In this document: piece after piece, positions 52,264 through 64,000 of the stretch | How the letters are laid out: each line of letters starts with the position of its first letter | Numbering within the stretch: position 1 is the stretch's first letter | Assembly: GCA_964270895.1 (NCBI GenBank) | Contig: OZ185437.1 | Length of the DNA stretch: 64,000 bases | Direction: 5' to 3' (one strand) | Source of the DNA: Podarcis filfolensis | Lineage: Eukaryota | The notes under the pieces: generated by a model | Seen by the model: only the letters and a program-made list of their open reading frames with translations | Told to the model about the DNA's origin: nothing | Database searches by the model: none | Program-made: the position numbers and the translations under genes

Positions 52264-52960
52264 TAAGTTCCTTTTAAAAAACTTAACGCAATACTTTGCT
52301 TTCGTGTAGGGGATGATACACTATACTGTGTAGGAGACAAAGCCATAATTTCCCTCTGGTAAGATCAGTTAAATAATAGGCACCAATATTGTTCTAACTG
52401 CTGAATGGAACTATTGGTATTATGAAGGAAGAAACATAGGACCTCTGCATCAGTGTCACGGAGCCCAAATTTGCTTCCCCTGCCCCCAGTCTGAACAAAC
52501 CTTTCTTTAACCCAAATTTGCTTTTAATAAAAATATAACTGAACCACTTCACCTTTCAGTTCTCATGTTCACTCACAATAATTTCACATAGACAAAGCAT
52601 TAAGCAGCCACTAGTGAAAATGCTGAGAAAAGACAACATTAAAAAAAAATGAAGCAAGAATTATACTGCCCATTTTAAAATGGCAAGCTCCTGGGAGCAG
52701 TATATGGGATTGAGTGCTCCTGTGTTTGCTGTGTACTTTGAATTCTCTCTTAATTTACTAGTCTACCTACAGCATTGTGTAGCATTAAACCTCCACCATG
52801 GTCAGTGCTAACTAGGTTCCATATTAACCAGAGTTTGCAAACCCACCTCAAATTCTGATTTCAAGTTCTGATGGTTAACATATCAAAAACTAGGTCCATA
52901 CTTAATTTCTTAACAGTACTGTGCTATGTGGGCACCAGTCATACGCAATTCTAGTATTTG

Positions 52961-53055
52961 GTGGATTCCTATGTATGTTTACTCCAAGTAAGTTCAATGG
53001 AACTACTGAGTTCAATGGAATTTACTCCCTAGTAAGCATGTTCAGGACTAGAGCC
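52961..53055. mobile_element. short palindromic MITE-like repeat (possibly PIF/Harbinger)
   Basis: ATTCCTATGTATGTTTACTC...GTAAGCATGTTCAGGACTAGAGCC|TTA with an internal duplication of AGTTCAATGGAA. Confidence 0.5.
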
Positions 53056-53834
53056 TTAAAAACTTAGTGCTATTTCAATTTAAACAACTTCATATTAAGG
53101 AACCAGGAAGCTTTATTTATGAAACTTCGCTAAAGACAGTATGTGGGCCTTTTATAGACTTAACTTAGAGCTGGCTTCAGAGTGGATGTCAAATGAAGTG
53201 TCAGTTACCCAAGTATATATAGTGTAGCAGGCATGATGATGACTACAGTTCATTTTCCAGTGTTTCCAATCTAATCTACTTTACAGTTGTGCATAAATCA
53301 CAGTGATTATAAATGCAGAAGCTGGGAATGATGTGTGGATTTTCTAAAAAGTGTCATGAATATTACAGATGCCAAGCACAGCTAGGGAATAAATCAGTCA
53401 AATAATTAATTAACTCTTGCAGTTCAGAAATCAAGCTATCTTTTCTCAGCCAAGTAATTATCTGACCTATTAGAAGAAAGACTGCATCACTGCAAAGGCT
53501 GCCTGGTAACTTAATTTAAACCAATCTTTTATTCCATCTTCCCAAGAACCTGTAATAGTTTTCTTCAGCCTCCTGCCCCCAATTCCCTCTTCTTCACCCA
53601 GGGCAGGCATAACATCAGTCAAAACCCACTAGCAGATCTCTGAGTGATTTGCAATATATCACCAAAGGGCTTCTCACTTGCTTAATCACAGCAACAAGAA
53701 AAAGAGCTTTGTTTCTCCCTAAATTAAGCCACTGGAATAAAGAAAACAGGGGACAAACTATAATTTGTATGTGAAACTGAACACTCGGTTTCTGGGCTGA
53801 ATATGCACACAGGTCATCCTAACCATGTATGGTG

Positions 53835-53946
53835 CCAAGGTTGCAAGCTTGATCCCCATATGGGACAGCTGCATATTCTTGTATTGCAGGGGGTTTGACT
53901 AGATGATCCTCAATGTCCTTTCCAACTGTACAATTCAATGATTCAA
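53835..53946 (+). mobile_element. CR1-tail element (CR1 3' end or CR1-mobilised SINE)
   Basis: GGGGGTTTGACTAGATGATCCTCAATGTCCTTTCCAACTGTACAATTCAATGATTC resembles the CR1 3' terminus (ATTCTRTG repeats). Confidence 0.6.
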
Positions 53947-54280
53947 ATAATCTATTACACATACCATATCTCCATCCCGCTGACCTCATTGCTCACCCAC
54001 TTGCCCCTCCCTCCCCCCTCCTACCTTTGTCCACTAGCCTCCTCATCCTCTGCAGTCTCCATTGCCTCAGGAGACACTGCACCAACTGGCACAGCCTAGG
54101 GGAGGACACAGCCTCCTCCTTTGGCACCACGAAGGAGGAAGAGTGGCAAGGTCAACCTAAGTTTTTTCCTGTTTTTGGTCCCACACTCTGGTGTGAGCCA
54201 ATGGATACTTGCCATAGCACAGAACCAATAAATGCCTGTCTTTTGGTCCCGTGCTCTGGCACAGCCAGAGCATGGGAGCC

Positions 54281-54378
54281 AAAACAGGACATCCGGGACA
54301 TCCCAGATTCGGATCAGAAGCCTGGGTGGCTTCTGTCAATCTGGGATGTCCCACTTAAAACAGGACACTTGGAGGGTA
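54281..54378. mobile_element. terminal fragment of a DNA-transposon-derived repeat (hAT-like)
   Basis: Repeated AAAACAGGACA/GGGACA motifs ending CACTTGGAGGGTAT, recognised from memory as a lizard DNA-element end; other end not located. Confidence 0.4.
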
Positions 54379-54970
54379 TAATATACACCTCTGAGCCATT
54401 CTTTTGGCACCTGGTTCCAGGACATTAACCCTGGGGTTCTAGTTTTAAAAAATTGAAACATAAACTTGAAGCCTGCCCACCCCTGTTCCACACAACTATT
54501 CAATGCACATGAACCCCCATTACTGTGTCATCTGGTGTTAGTACTCTCTAAGTGTAAATGTGCCAGTTATTTAGACATGTCAATGGCTACTTATCTGCTT
54601 GCACTTTTTTAAAAAAAAAACTCTAGCTGGAAAGCACACTATGCAGCTACATTTGTCAAAGACAAAATATTGCACAACTGCTTGGCTTGTTCATCCCATA
54701 ATATACAGCTTGGGGATGTTCTGTGTATATATTTTTTGCTGTGCTAGCCATTTTCTAAATTGCCATGTATGTTCCTTGTCATTCATTTATGATAAATGTC
54801 TTGCTTGGTTGCTAAAGGATGCATAAAGACTAGCACAGCAAATAATTTTGAGAGAAGCAGGGAGCACAAATGAAAAACCTAGTCCTGAGAGTCAGAAATA
54901 ATAATGTGACATATTACAGCTGCTGCAATGAAAAACAAATGTCATACATTTTTGTCACAGGCGGCACTAC

Positions 54971-55186
54971 TTGTGTTGAATCATCAGCCCAAACTGATAT
55001 AGTGTAATAATGGAAGAGGATGACACCTTCTTCTCCCTCGAGTTTTTTGGGGAAATTCCCCCTTAGTGTGGAAGAAACTTGTGTTGAATCATCAGCCCAA
55101 ACTGATATAGTGTAATAATGGAAGAAGATGACACCTTCTTCTCCCTCGAGTTTTTTGGGGAAATTCCCCCTTAGTGTGGAAGAAAC
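54971..55186. repeat. tandem duplication, 2 x 108 bp
   Basis: Units 54971-55078 and 55079-55186 differ at one site (55018 G / 55126 A). Confidence 0.95.
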
Positions 55187-57006
55187 CCAAGGAATTTGGG
55201 GGGGGGCAGGTTATTCATGCCACCACTGACAATACTAGGTAACAGAAAGACTGCATGAGTCTGCTGCCTGGCACCATCTGAGATTGAATCCACAGGGACA
55301 AAAGCCATGCATTGAAAAATCACAGTGGTGAGGGAAGGGAGACAGAGAGAAAAACCCAGATATCCCAACACAGAGAAACACACAGCAGAGGATGGAAGGA
55401 GACACAAGTAGGGGGGGCACTAACAGATCATTAGAAAGGGCTTAGATAAAGGGATTTTAATGAGAGAAGGGGGGGGGGAACAATCAAACACAGCCATAGG
55501 CAGGGTGGATCTGAAGGGCATGATAATTTCTTCTCCTGGACTATCATGAGAAAGGCTATCAAGTCCCACAGAAGGCATCATCCTCACAACAGAATGGACA
55601 GAATGTCCTCCAACCTAATCTGGCAAAATTGTTGTCATGAGGTGATTTTACCACACCAATTTCACACAGCAAATACTTTGCTGAAATAGGAAAAACACAG
55701 TCCTATGGGACTGACTGTGTAATCTGTGTAGTTACAGCCTGAGTCAAAAGTCAACTTCATCAGTATAAGATGAAATGGACAGAGGTATATTTACAGCTCC
55801 TAGTACATATGAAACCAAACTAATGGCAATAGAGAACAGAAGAAATGTGTAAGCAAGAGTTAAATATGGATGATTGTCAGAGAAGTTGAAGGAAGTCCAA
55901 AAGTATGGAATTTGTGAAAATTTGGATTAAAATTGTATATTTATGTTAAAAAATCAATAAAATATTATAAAAAAGAAACCAAACTTATTTAGAACTGCTT
56001 TAGAACCTTGCACGTCTACTATTGAATAATTCCATCCCATTCATGAAGTCTCACCATATTCATGATGGCTAGGTTTGCAAGTAGGCAAGAGAATTGGCTC
56101 TTCCCACATGGTGATTATAATCAAAGGAGTAACTTGCAGGATAATTTCCTTGGATAAAAATCAGTCCATGGGACTTGTGGTAACCATGAATACAGAATGG
56201 CCCCAAGATCTGATTAAACAGAGAACTCTAGAATTTAATAATATTTAAATATTGCTTTTGAAAGTGCTGTGCGGCCCAACCACTCCTTCACAATTTCCAG
56301 TAAGAGTCACGTTTAGCTGACTTTTTGCCAATACATTCCCTTGCTGAAGTAAAAGACTGTGCCAAATGAATAAATTAATGGCAAGTCCTGTAATAATTCT
56401 AATGAAATGTTAAACAAAACCACCATTCCAAAAACTGTACATTTTCTATTTAAATTATGTGCCTATAGAATAGTCTTGAGATTCAAACAGCAGTTTGAGA
56501 GCACAGTGGAGAAAGATGCAAAGTTTCAGCAGTTCAGTTATCTTTGAGGAAGAATGGTACAAAGTAAGGGTGAATAACCTGTTTATCTAATGAGAATCAA
56601 ATATTCAAACACTCCCCTGCAGTGGAACCATTTTTATTTATTTATTATTTATTTATTTATTTAAAAAAGCAACCTTCTAACAAGAAAAAAATACGATCCA
56701 ACTCTCCTAGAGATCTGCACTTTTGATAATTCTAAATCTTGTGACATTACGGATCCTTCAAGACACTGCAAGCTCCCATTCAGAGCCTGTGAACAGATCA
56801 TACCCTAAGATTACTTTTACATGGAATTTGAACTGACACTTGAAATTTGATTTTTACCTGTGCCTTTTGGGTTTAACCAAAGTCAAAACATTGGCATTAA
56901 AACTAGGAATAGGTAATGAATGATAGTGTTGACTAAAAAAGGCCTGCAAGAAATCAAGTGTGCAACATCCAAAATGAGTTGGTTAGCTAAGTAGTACTAA
57001 GCTATC

Positions 57007-57115
57007 TCAGTCTGACCAAACTGCGGGAGGCAGTGGAAGGCAAGAGTGCCTGGCATGCTCTGGTCCATGGGGTCACGAAGAGTAGGACACAACTAAACGA
57101 CTAAATAACAACAAC
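57007..57115 (+). mobile_element. BovB (RTE) LINE 3' end, 109 bp, more diverged
   Basis: Same tail with several substitutions; TSD ACTAAGCTATC/ACTAAACTATC (10/11). Confidence 0.85.
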
Positions 57116-57974
57116 ACTAAACTATCAAGCCTAGAAGCCAGGTATCACTGAAAGGTTCATGAAGAAGGGATACTGGCACCTTCTGCTGTAGAAATGAGGC
57201 TTGTGGGGTTATGTAGGATAGGTAAAGTAGTACCTATGGTTGTACAGCTCAACCAGCACAGAGTTTGCATAAGAAGTCGCATCATTTAGATCAACTAATT
57301 TAATTATTTTGACTTAAATCTGCAGCCAAGCCTATGTCACATGATCCGCTGCAAAGAATGGAAACCAGCACTTTGATCATCAGAGCCCATAAAAGTTAGG
57401 AAAAATGATTTTGCACATGTTATATGCATAGAATGTCTGCACAACTAAAATTTGAACACCTAAACAGATGTAAAAATCTCAGATCTGACTGGTGTCAAAG
57501 AATAATAACATTAAAGCTATAATATAGTCTCAATGAATAGTACGCATTTAAGAAAAGGGTATTAGAGTAGGTGTGTGTGTGTCTTATATCAGCTGAAGGA
57601 CAAAGTACATGTTATACACAGCCACGTGTATTTTTATACAACATTTTCTTTAATAATAACAATAATGGGGGGGGGGGGGTTGGAATCCAGAAACCAGCCT
57701 CTAAGACTGTGAGTTTCTCCATGGAGGGACATAATGGGAGAGGCTTCTTAACCCTTTTTCTTCTGGTCACTTGCCCACTCCCCCCCTTCAAACCACCCCC
57801 CTGTTTTTCATCCAGGAGGCTTTCTGTTTAAAAGAAGAAAATGCTGGAGAAAAGATACACATGGCTGCATATAATGTATACTTTGGCCTTGATTCAAGGG
57901 AAGTAAAACAGAGAAACTTTGTTAAAAATATGATAGTTACATTTTATGCAGTCCTGCTTAAAGTAACTCTGCAT

Positions 57975-58072
57975 TTTTGTCCTTTTATGAAAGAATAGAT
58001 ATAATAAATGAGATATTGTATACTTTTGTGCTTTTATGAAAGAATACATATAATAAATGAGATATCGTATAC
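57975..58072. repeat. tandem duplication, 2 x 49 bp
   Basis: Units start at 57975 and 58024; three mismatches. Confidence 0.9.
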
Positions 58073-58834
58073 TTAAAAATTGGAAACTGAAACCGTGATC
58101 AATTTATGTTACTTCCCACTGCAGAGTAAATGCCACAGTGTGGAACCATAGTAAAGCTTAGGTCTTCTGTCTGAAAATTTTTGAACCCTCTCAGTTAAGC
58201 ATGAACTATGTGCTAAGAATTCCAGGCCAAAGATCATAAGATTTCTACTCATGAGCAATTTTATTTTACTTTTTATGTTCCATGGAGCATGCTTGATTGA
58301 GCCATCTGGTTTTTAACTAAACATGCCCTTTGTGCTATGGGCAGCATTCGTCTATATCACTCAATGCTTAAGGCATACTATCATACGTTGAGGATGAAAA
58401 TTACTAATCCTGTCTCAAAGTGAGAGGAAGGCAACAGTTTAGCAAAATGGCAAAATGACACATAGATTTGTGTCTATGAACACAAATCAACAGTATATTT
58501 TTCCTTGTTAACTTTTTAAAAAACAGTCCTTGTGTGGCACTCTGAAGCCTCCTTGGTTGCCTGCACTTTCTAGAATATCCATGGGAGGATGTCAAAGCAT
58601 AGGCAGCCAGGAAGTCTGCTTGTGGAATTCCTGAGAGAAGCACAATTATTATTACAATTAAGTTAAAAGGAATGCTCATGAGGAGTTAATGATGTAATGC
58701 CCTTCCACAGGCATTCCCTGATTTAAATCATATATGATTTGTGCTGTATTTGTGATGTTCTATTATGTTATTGTTATTTATTGTCTCTAAGCCGCTTTGT
58801 GATTCATTCAAATGAAAAGCGGCATAGAAATATA

Positions 58835-59000
58835 CCGTATTTTTCCATGTATAAGTCTATGTTTTCTTCCTAAAAAATAATGTCCCAAATTTGGGGGCAT
58901 CTTATACATGAGGGCCATCTCCCCCCATTTTCTTAAATTGGAGCCCCCCAATATAGGGGGCGTCTTATACATGGGGGCATCTTGTAGAAGGAAAAATATG
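58835..59000. mobile_element. Tc2-like MITE, 166 bp, older
   Basis: TA|CCGTATTTTTCC...GGAAAATATGG|TA with repeated TCTTATACAT subterminal motifs; same end architecture as 22536-23241. Confidence 0.75.
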
Positions 59001-60042
59001 GTAATAAATCAATAAATCAAATCATATTCTAGGAACCAAGGCTGGCTGCAATACCAGGCAAGGACTGTTTTTTCTTGTTTTGTTTTTTGTTTTAAGTTAG
59101 CAAGGAAGAGCACACCTTGTAATGTTTTTAAGTACTAAACCTCATCACTCACATAAATTTCTGATTCCCTCCGTCCCACGGAAAGAAGCTAGAACAACAA
59201 CTGCCTCTCTTGGGGTGGAGGATGGGGAGCAAAGTAATACCTGAAATGTCTGGGCCAGGGTATGGCACAACTCTAGTATTGATTCCAGCTGCTGAAACTG
59301 TGTGCTGTTCAGGATTGTTTTATAGCACTAGAGCAGCAATCCTTCACCTATAGACTTAAGTATGCATCATATGTTTGGTTTTTTTAAAAGCTCTATACAA
59401 GCCTTCTGTGTAGATTGTAGGGAACCTGCAACATGTAATGATTGAACATTTGTTTATTTATTTATTTATTCATTCATTTATTCATCTGTGTACATGTGAG
59501 CAAACCTCTCATCAGTCATGAATTCCCTAAAGCAGGTACACCCTGCTTCTACGCAGTGGAAAGCTCCACATGCACAACCATCTCTCCGTGTGATTTACGT
59601 ATGGTTTGCCCACAAATCCCTACAGAATAGTGCCTTCCAGGAACTTGGCAACATGTGAAATGATCCTTATTTGGTTGTGTAGCACATAGGGTCTGGCCAT
59701 TACACATAATGACAGATCCCTATGTTCTACAGCACTGTGGCAATGGAATTCATCAGAAATGAATGCCTCATCTCATTCTGGTTTTCTTCATAGCATATAT
59801 AGCATAGTTTTATATAGCATAGTAAGAATAGTTATGTTTTCCTCTACCAACTTTTTGTCATTCTGAACAAGTAAACTTATGGCAGCTCATCATTATAAAC
59901 ATATGAACTTGAACTGCATTTTATAAAGTTTTTAAGAATTGCAAAAAAGGAAAACATGCCATCTCTTCTTAATTAGTCCTCCTTGAGTACCATGAAGTTC
60001 AGAAGCATTCAACAATGTAAAATACACAAATAAAATCAGTTA

Positions 60043-60150
<108 letters not shown>

Positions 60151-62664
60151 TTAAAAAAGAAAATAAAAACCAATAAGGTAAATATATCAGACAAGTTATC
60201 ATTTGAGTGTTTCTAATCCAAAAATGAAGACTGTATTGGCATCTCTAAACTGGAAATTAAGGGCACAATTCTATGGTCCTAGGGAAGTTGTCCCAGAGGT
60301 CATAGAATTTTGTGGATCTCCTTTTTCATGGATAGAGAAGGAATTCTGTGGGAAGAGCAAGAGGACCATCCACAAAGGCTTCCTTCTTACAGCAACAGAA
60401 ACCTCCATGGCTGCCCCTCCTTAGCTATCAATGTTACAACAGTAGAAAGAAGATGTTTCAGAGCACTGGAAGAAAAGTATGCCAGCCCTGGGGTGAGCCC
60501 TTGGGCACTGCAACCAATGGAGGGGGGATTTTGAATAAAGGAAAATTGCCCCTCCACACTCTCCTTCTGCCCTGCCAGCACAAACTAAACAGAAGTTTGG
60601 ATTGGGCAGATTGTCCGCCTTTAACTCTTCCTCCCCTGTCCAAGTAGGATTGCTTTGCCTAACTGGTTTATAGTCACATCCTTCCAGAGAATCATGGGGA
60701 GAGACTGATCTCTAATAAGAGTTCTCAGCACCTCATCAAACTACAATTCCCAAGGTTCTTTGTGAGAAGTTTGGAAAGTAAAAAACTGATACAGGTTTGT
60801 AGAGTAGATATGCCTGTAGCATGAGAATGAACAAGATTAGAATATAGATACATACATATATTTATTAGCCTATAAAGGCAAAATTACTGAAAGCATAATG
60901 TGTGGGATCATTTTCTGCCATTCTTAGATGATGAAGTAAAAGTTAAATTCACAAAATTATAAAGTCAAATTTTGTAGATCAGAAACGCCTTTCAAATAGT
61001 GATAGAGGAAGGAAAAAATGAAGATGCCAATTACAGAGTACATATTATGTTCTTTCTTCAGCATAACGGCTGGCTTTGAGTTGCAGATGTCAAATCATAC
61101 CTTATAATTTACAGATCCCAATATGTGCAGTACCCATAGCATTAAAAAAAAACACAACCCAAGCATTTATCTGCTCACGTCAAAACTGAGCTAAAGTCAA
61201 AACTGAGCTAATGTTCAGGCAAAGAACATTCCAAGAAGCCAATGCATTTTCTGTTCTGGCATTTTTACTGTTATTGAAGCCTAACCATCAGCAAGTATGG
61301 ATTCATTATAGCTATTTCAAACATCACTTCCAACTTCATGAACAAGTTGGCGACAATCTCTTCCCATTGCAGTGATACACTCTGCCTTTCAGAAAAATAG
61401 CAAGGGGTCATTTTCATCATCCAGACTGCAACTGGCCAAGTTGTGTATCAGTGCTGCTCTCAGGCTACCAATAAATATTCCCATGGCAGCAGAGAGCAAG
61501 GTGCAGGTGCAAACCTTCAACCTACCTTCTCCACAACTTAGCAAAACTGCCGTGTTGGGTACCAGGCTAACATGCAATGATCTGCCCTTCATTTCTGAAG
61601 CTACTGCAAGGGCTAGAATGCAGTAAGACTTGGGGAATTCCTGTTCAAGCAGGGCAAGGAGCTGTGCTTTATTCTAGGGGTACTCAAGGGTACACAGGAT
61701 CAGCACCTTGTTTTTCTAAAAGAAAAGCACTGGTTAAAAGTGTGGCACTGACTTGAATAATTTCATGGTGACTACCAGAACCCTTTTTTTCTAGTAGAAA
61801 AGCACTGATAAGGAGGCTGTCCCACGAGGAGCGTGGAACTAACAGGCTAAATCTGTAGGTACGGTATATCATGGAGCTGTTGCATCAGCAATAAGCTGTC
61901 TGCAACAAGTCTTGCTTGTCCCTCTTTCAAAAAGTGATCTAGAGAATAATCTGGCTATACTATTTAACAAGGAAAAATAACCTCTGCCTTAACTACGGCA
62001 AGTCAGTTTAAGAAGACACAAATCTGTATTCTGTCCCTGTTCATAGTCTCAGTATTCATGACAGTATCTATTGCTCTAGTAATCAGTACAGGATAAAGTA
62101 TGGAGTAAGGTGTCCCCCCCCCTTTTTGAGTATTCCAATGCATTGTCTTTAATAAATTTGCTTGCCAGAGAGCTAAAGCTGCAGCCAACTAGCAGCTACT
62201 ATTTCAAATCAAGACTTTAGGATAGCTGTAACAAAGGCCCTCTTTCTATTGCTCTCGTTTAAAGTTGAGTAACTGAAAATATATGGCACACTTTAAACTA
62301 AAACACACAGATGGTTTGAACAGTGAATCTTGATAGTAGCAACCAGAGCCAAATATTGTCAAAATATACTTCTTCTTCTGAACCAGTATCATGGATTTAC
62401 AAGGTCACAGAACTCTGATATACAATCCTATGCCAACAATATCAAATACTCATGTTTCCTCACTATCTCATACTACTTAGATTCACAATTCCCACTGTAT
62501 GAGTTGGGATTTCAATGAAGTATCTTCTCTAAGCAAGTATCCCACCCCACTCCAGAGGTTTGCTGCTGCATTTCACCTGGTAGCAGCTGACATGACCTCA
62601 CGGGGGCAGATTTACCTAACCTAGCAATGTTCTTTATGTTCCTGGTTCTTGGCACTGTCTAAGT

Positions 62665-62700
<36 letters not shown>
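62665..62700. repeat. microsatellite (AGC)12
   Basis: Read directly; intronic, not in a supported CDS. Confidence 0.97.
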
Positions 62701-62704
<4 letters not shown>

Positions 62705-64000
62705 AAGACACTCAAGGTGTCAATGCTAATTAGGTCAGACAGCCCCAGGTTCCAACTATTCCTACTACGGAACTACAAACTTTAGTCCCTTTTCTTCCCA
62801 TGTTGCTTTTCTAGTGGTCTATTTTTCTAAAGAAAGAACAAAATGCACTGAAGCCAAGTTTCATAAAGCTCCAGGAAAGCATTTAGGAAATGTGCTCATT
62901 TATTCACACTAAAGTGTTGACAACTTTCTGGTGTCAGACTCTAAAAGCTAAACTTATAAACATTTCATGAATAGCAGACCCATTGATTTCAGTGGTCCAA
63001 ATCCTAAATAGTTTTTGTAACCAATAGAACTGTGAGTGATTTTAGGATGGCCAGCTTACAGTCCAGCTGAGGTTCCTGCCAGGTATAAGTACTTTGATAA
63101 GTAGTTGGACTTGAATTTAGTAGTGGAGACTTCCAAAATTTACTGTACATTGCCTGTAAAGTACTGCCAAAGTAATTGAAGCAACATGAGTACTCTTGCT
63201 GTTTCTGTGGAAAACCTGAGAACACAAGTCCCCTTTGAATCTTCTCATGAAAGCTGCCAATATGTTTCAGAGTTGTGCTGATGTGAAGCTAACTTTCCAA
63301 TGCCCACTGCAAGCCTGTGGCTCAAAATAGGCCCAACTTCCAAATCTTTACAGCCATCTATCTGCACACCTAACATTGTATTACCATGCACAAGTTCAAA
63401 ACATACATCTTGAGTTGCTTCTCAAAATCTGAGGGTTCTGGCACATTAGGACAGCAACCCAACTAACCAAAATCTAAATAATTTTGCTGTACACTAGATG
63501 CTCCTGGGCAGGCACATTTCATTCACAATTTTGCTGCAATGATGACACAATGAAGTGCCTATCTGTTGGAGAGCTTGGAATGAGCCATGCACATAGCAGG
63601 CTATCCAGGTTTCTATGCATGCTGTGAGCTACGCCATGCAGACTGGGCATAGCCCACCACAACCATATGTTCCCTATGTCCGCCACATATACACAGTCTG
63701 GGCAGATGTCATGCTCACATGCCTCACTCAGATTTCTGCTAGGTATACAGCAGTATGGATATTTTTCACTACTACATGAACTCTCATTTAGGGCAGATTT
63801 GTAAAAAAAATTTGCCTTATATACATCATGAAGATCAGAGCCCAAGACAAAAATGTCACCAGCTCATGCTGAGGAGTTCAGTACAGATTGGGCCCACCGA
63901 CCACTGTCTGACTCAAGGTGACTTGATTCTTTCTAGGAATTCACTAGTCTAAGGCAAGTACTGGACATGACACATGGGTGTGTTCCTGTGTGATAGAACA

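Noticed and set aside
53913-54428. Longest unexplained ORF (171 aa)
   Set aside because: Spans a CR1-like tail, pyrimidine-rich sequence and a DNA-element end; no homology I recognise.
62665-62700. (CAG)n as a polyglutamine tract
   Set aside because: Not inside any supported exon.

Overview
Eukaryotic (vertebrate) genomic DNA, most likely from a squamate. The Sauria-type SINEs and BovB tails point to a lizard, probably a lacertid; the species is an inference. Two protein-coding genes converge tail-to-tail. (i) RWDD2A is on + with its complete CDS in two exons (774-974, 1511-2188; 292 aa). (ii) Cytosolic NADP-malic enzyme ME1 is on -, with coding exons 6-14 (60044-60147 down to 4028-4195; 371 C-terminal aa, all GT-AG, phases consistent). 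I did not find exons 1-5 in the window, so they presumably lie beyond 64000. The rest is ME1 intron rich in short transposon relics: Tigger/pogo-like and Tc2-like MITEs (TA TSD), hAT MITEs (8-bp TSD), Sauria SINEs, very short BovB 3' ends, MIR-like and CR1/L2 relics, microsatellites and local tandem duplications. I found no rRNA, tRNA or CRISPR, and nearly all short ORFs in the track are non-coding. Three observations stand out. First, a 795-bp insert carries a decayed SGNH-hydrolase frame, probably from a Ngaro/DIRS-type retrotransposon, and is bracketed by a perfect 29-bp direct repeat. Second, a 706-bp MITE is built from tandem hairpin modules whose stems co-vary between units. Third, ME1 intron 6 holds a perfect DR4 (TAAGGTCA x2) nuclear-receptor array, and ME1 is a classic thyroid-hormone target. 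I see no clear evidence of a wholly new gene system; these are candidates to check.
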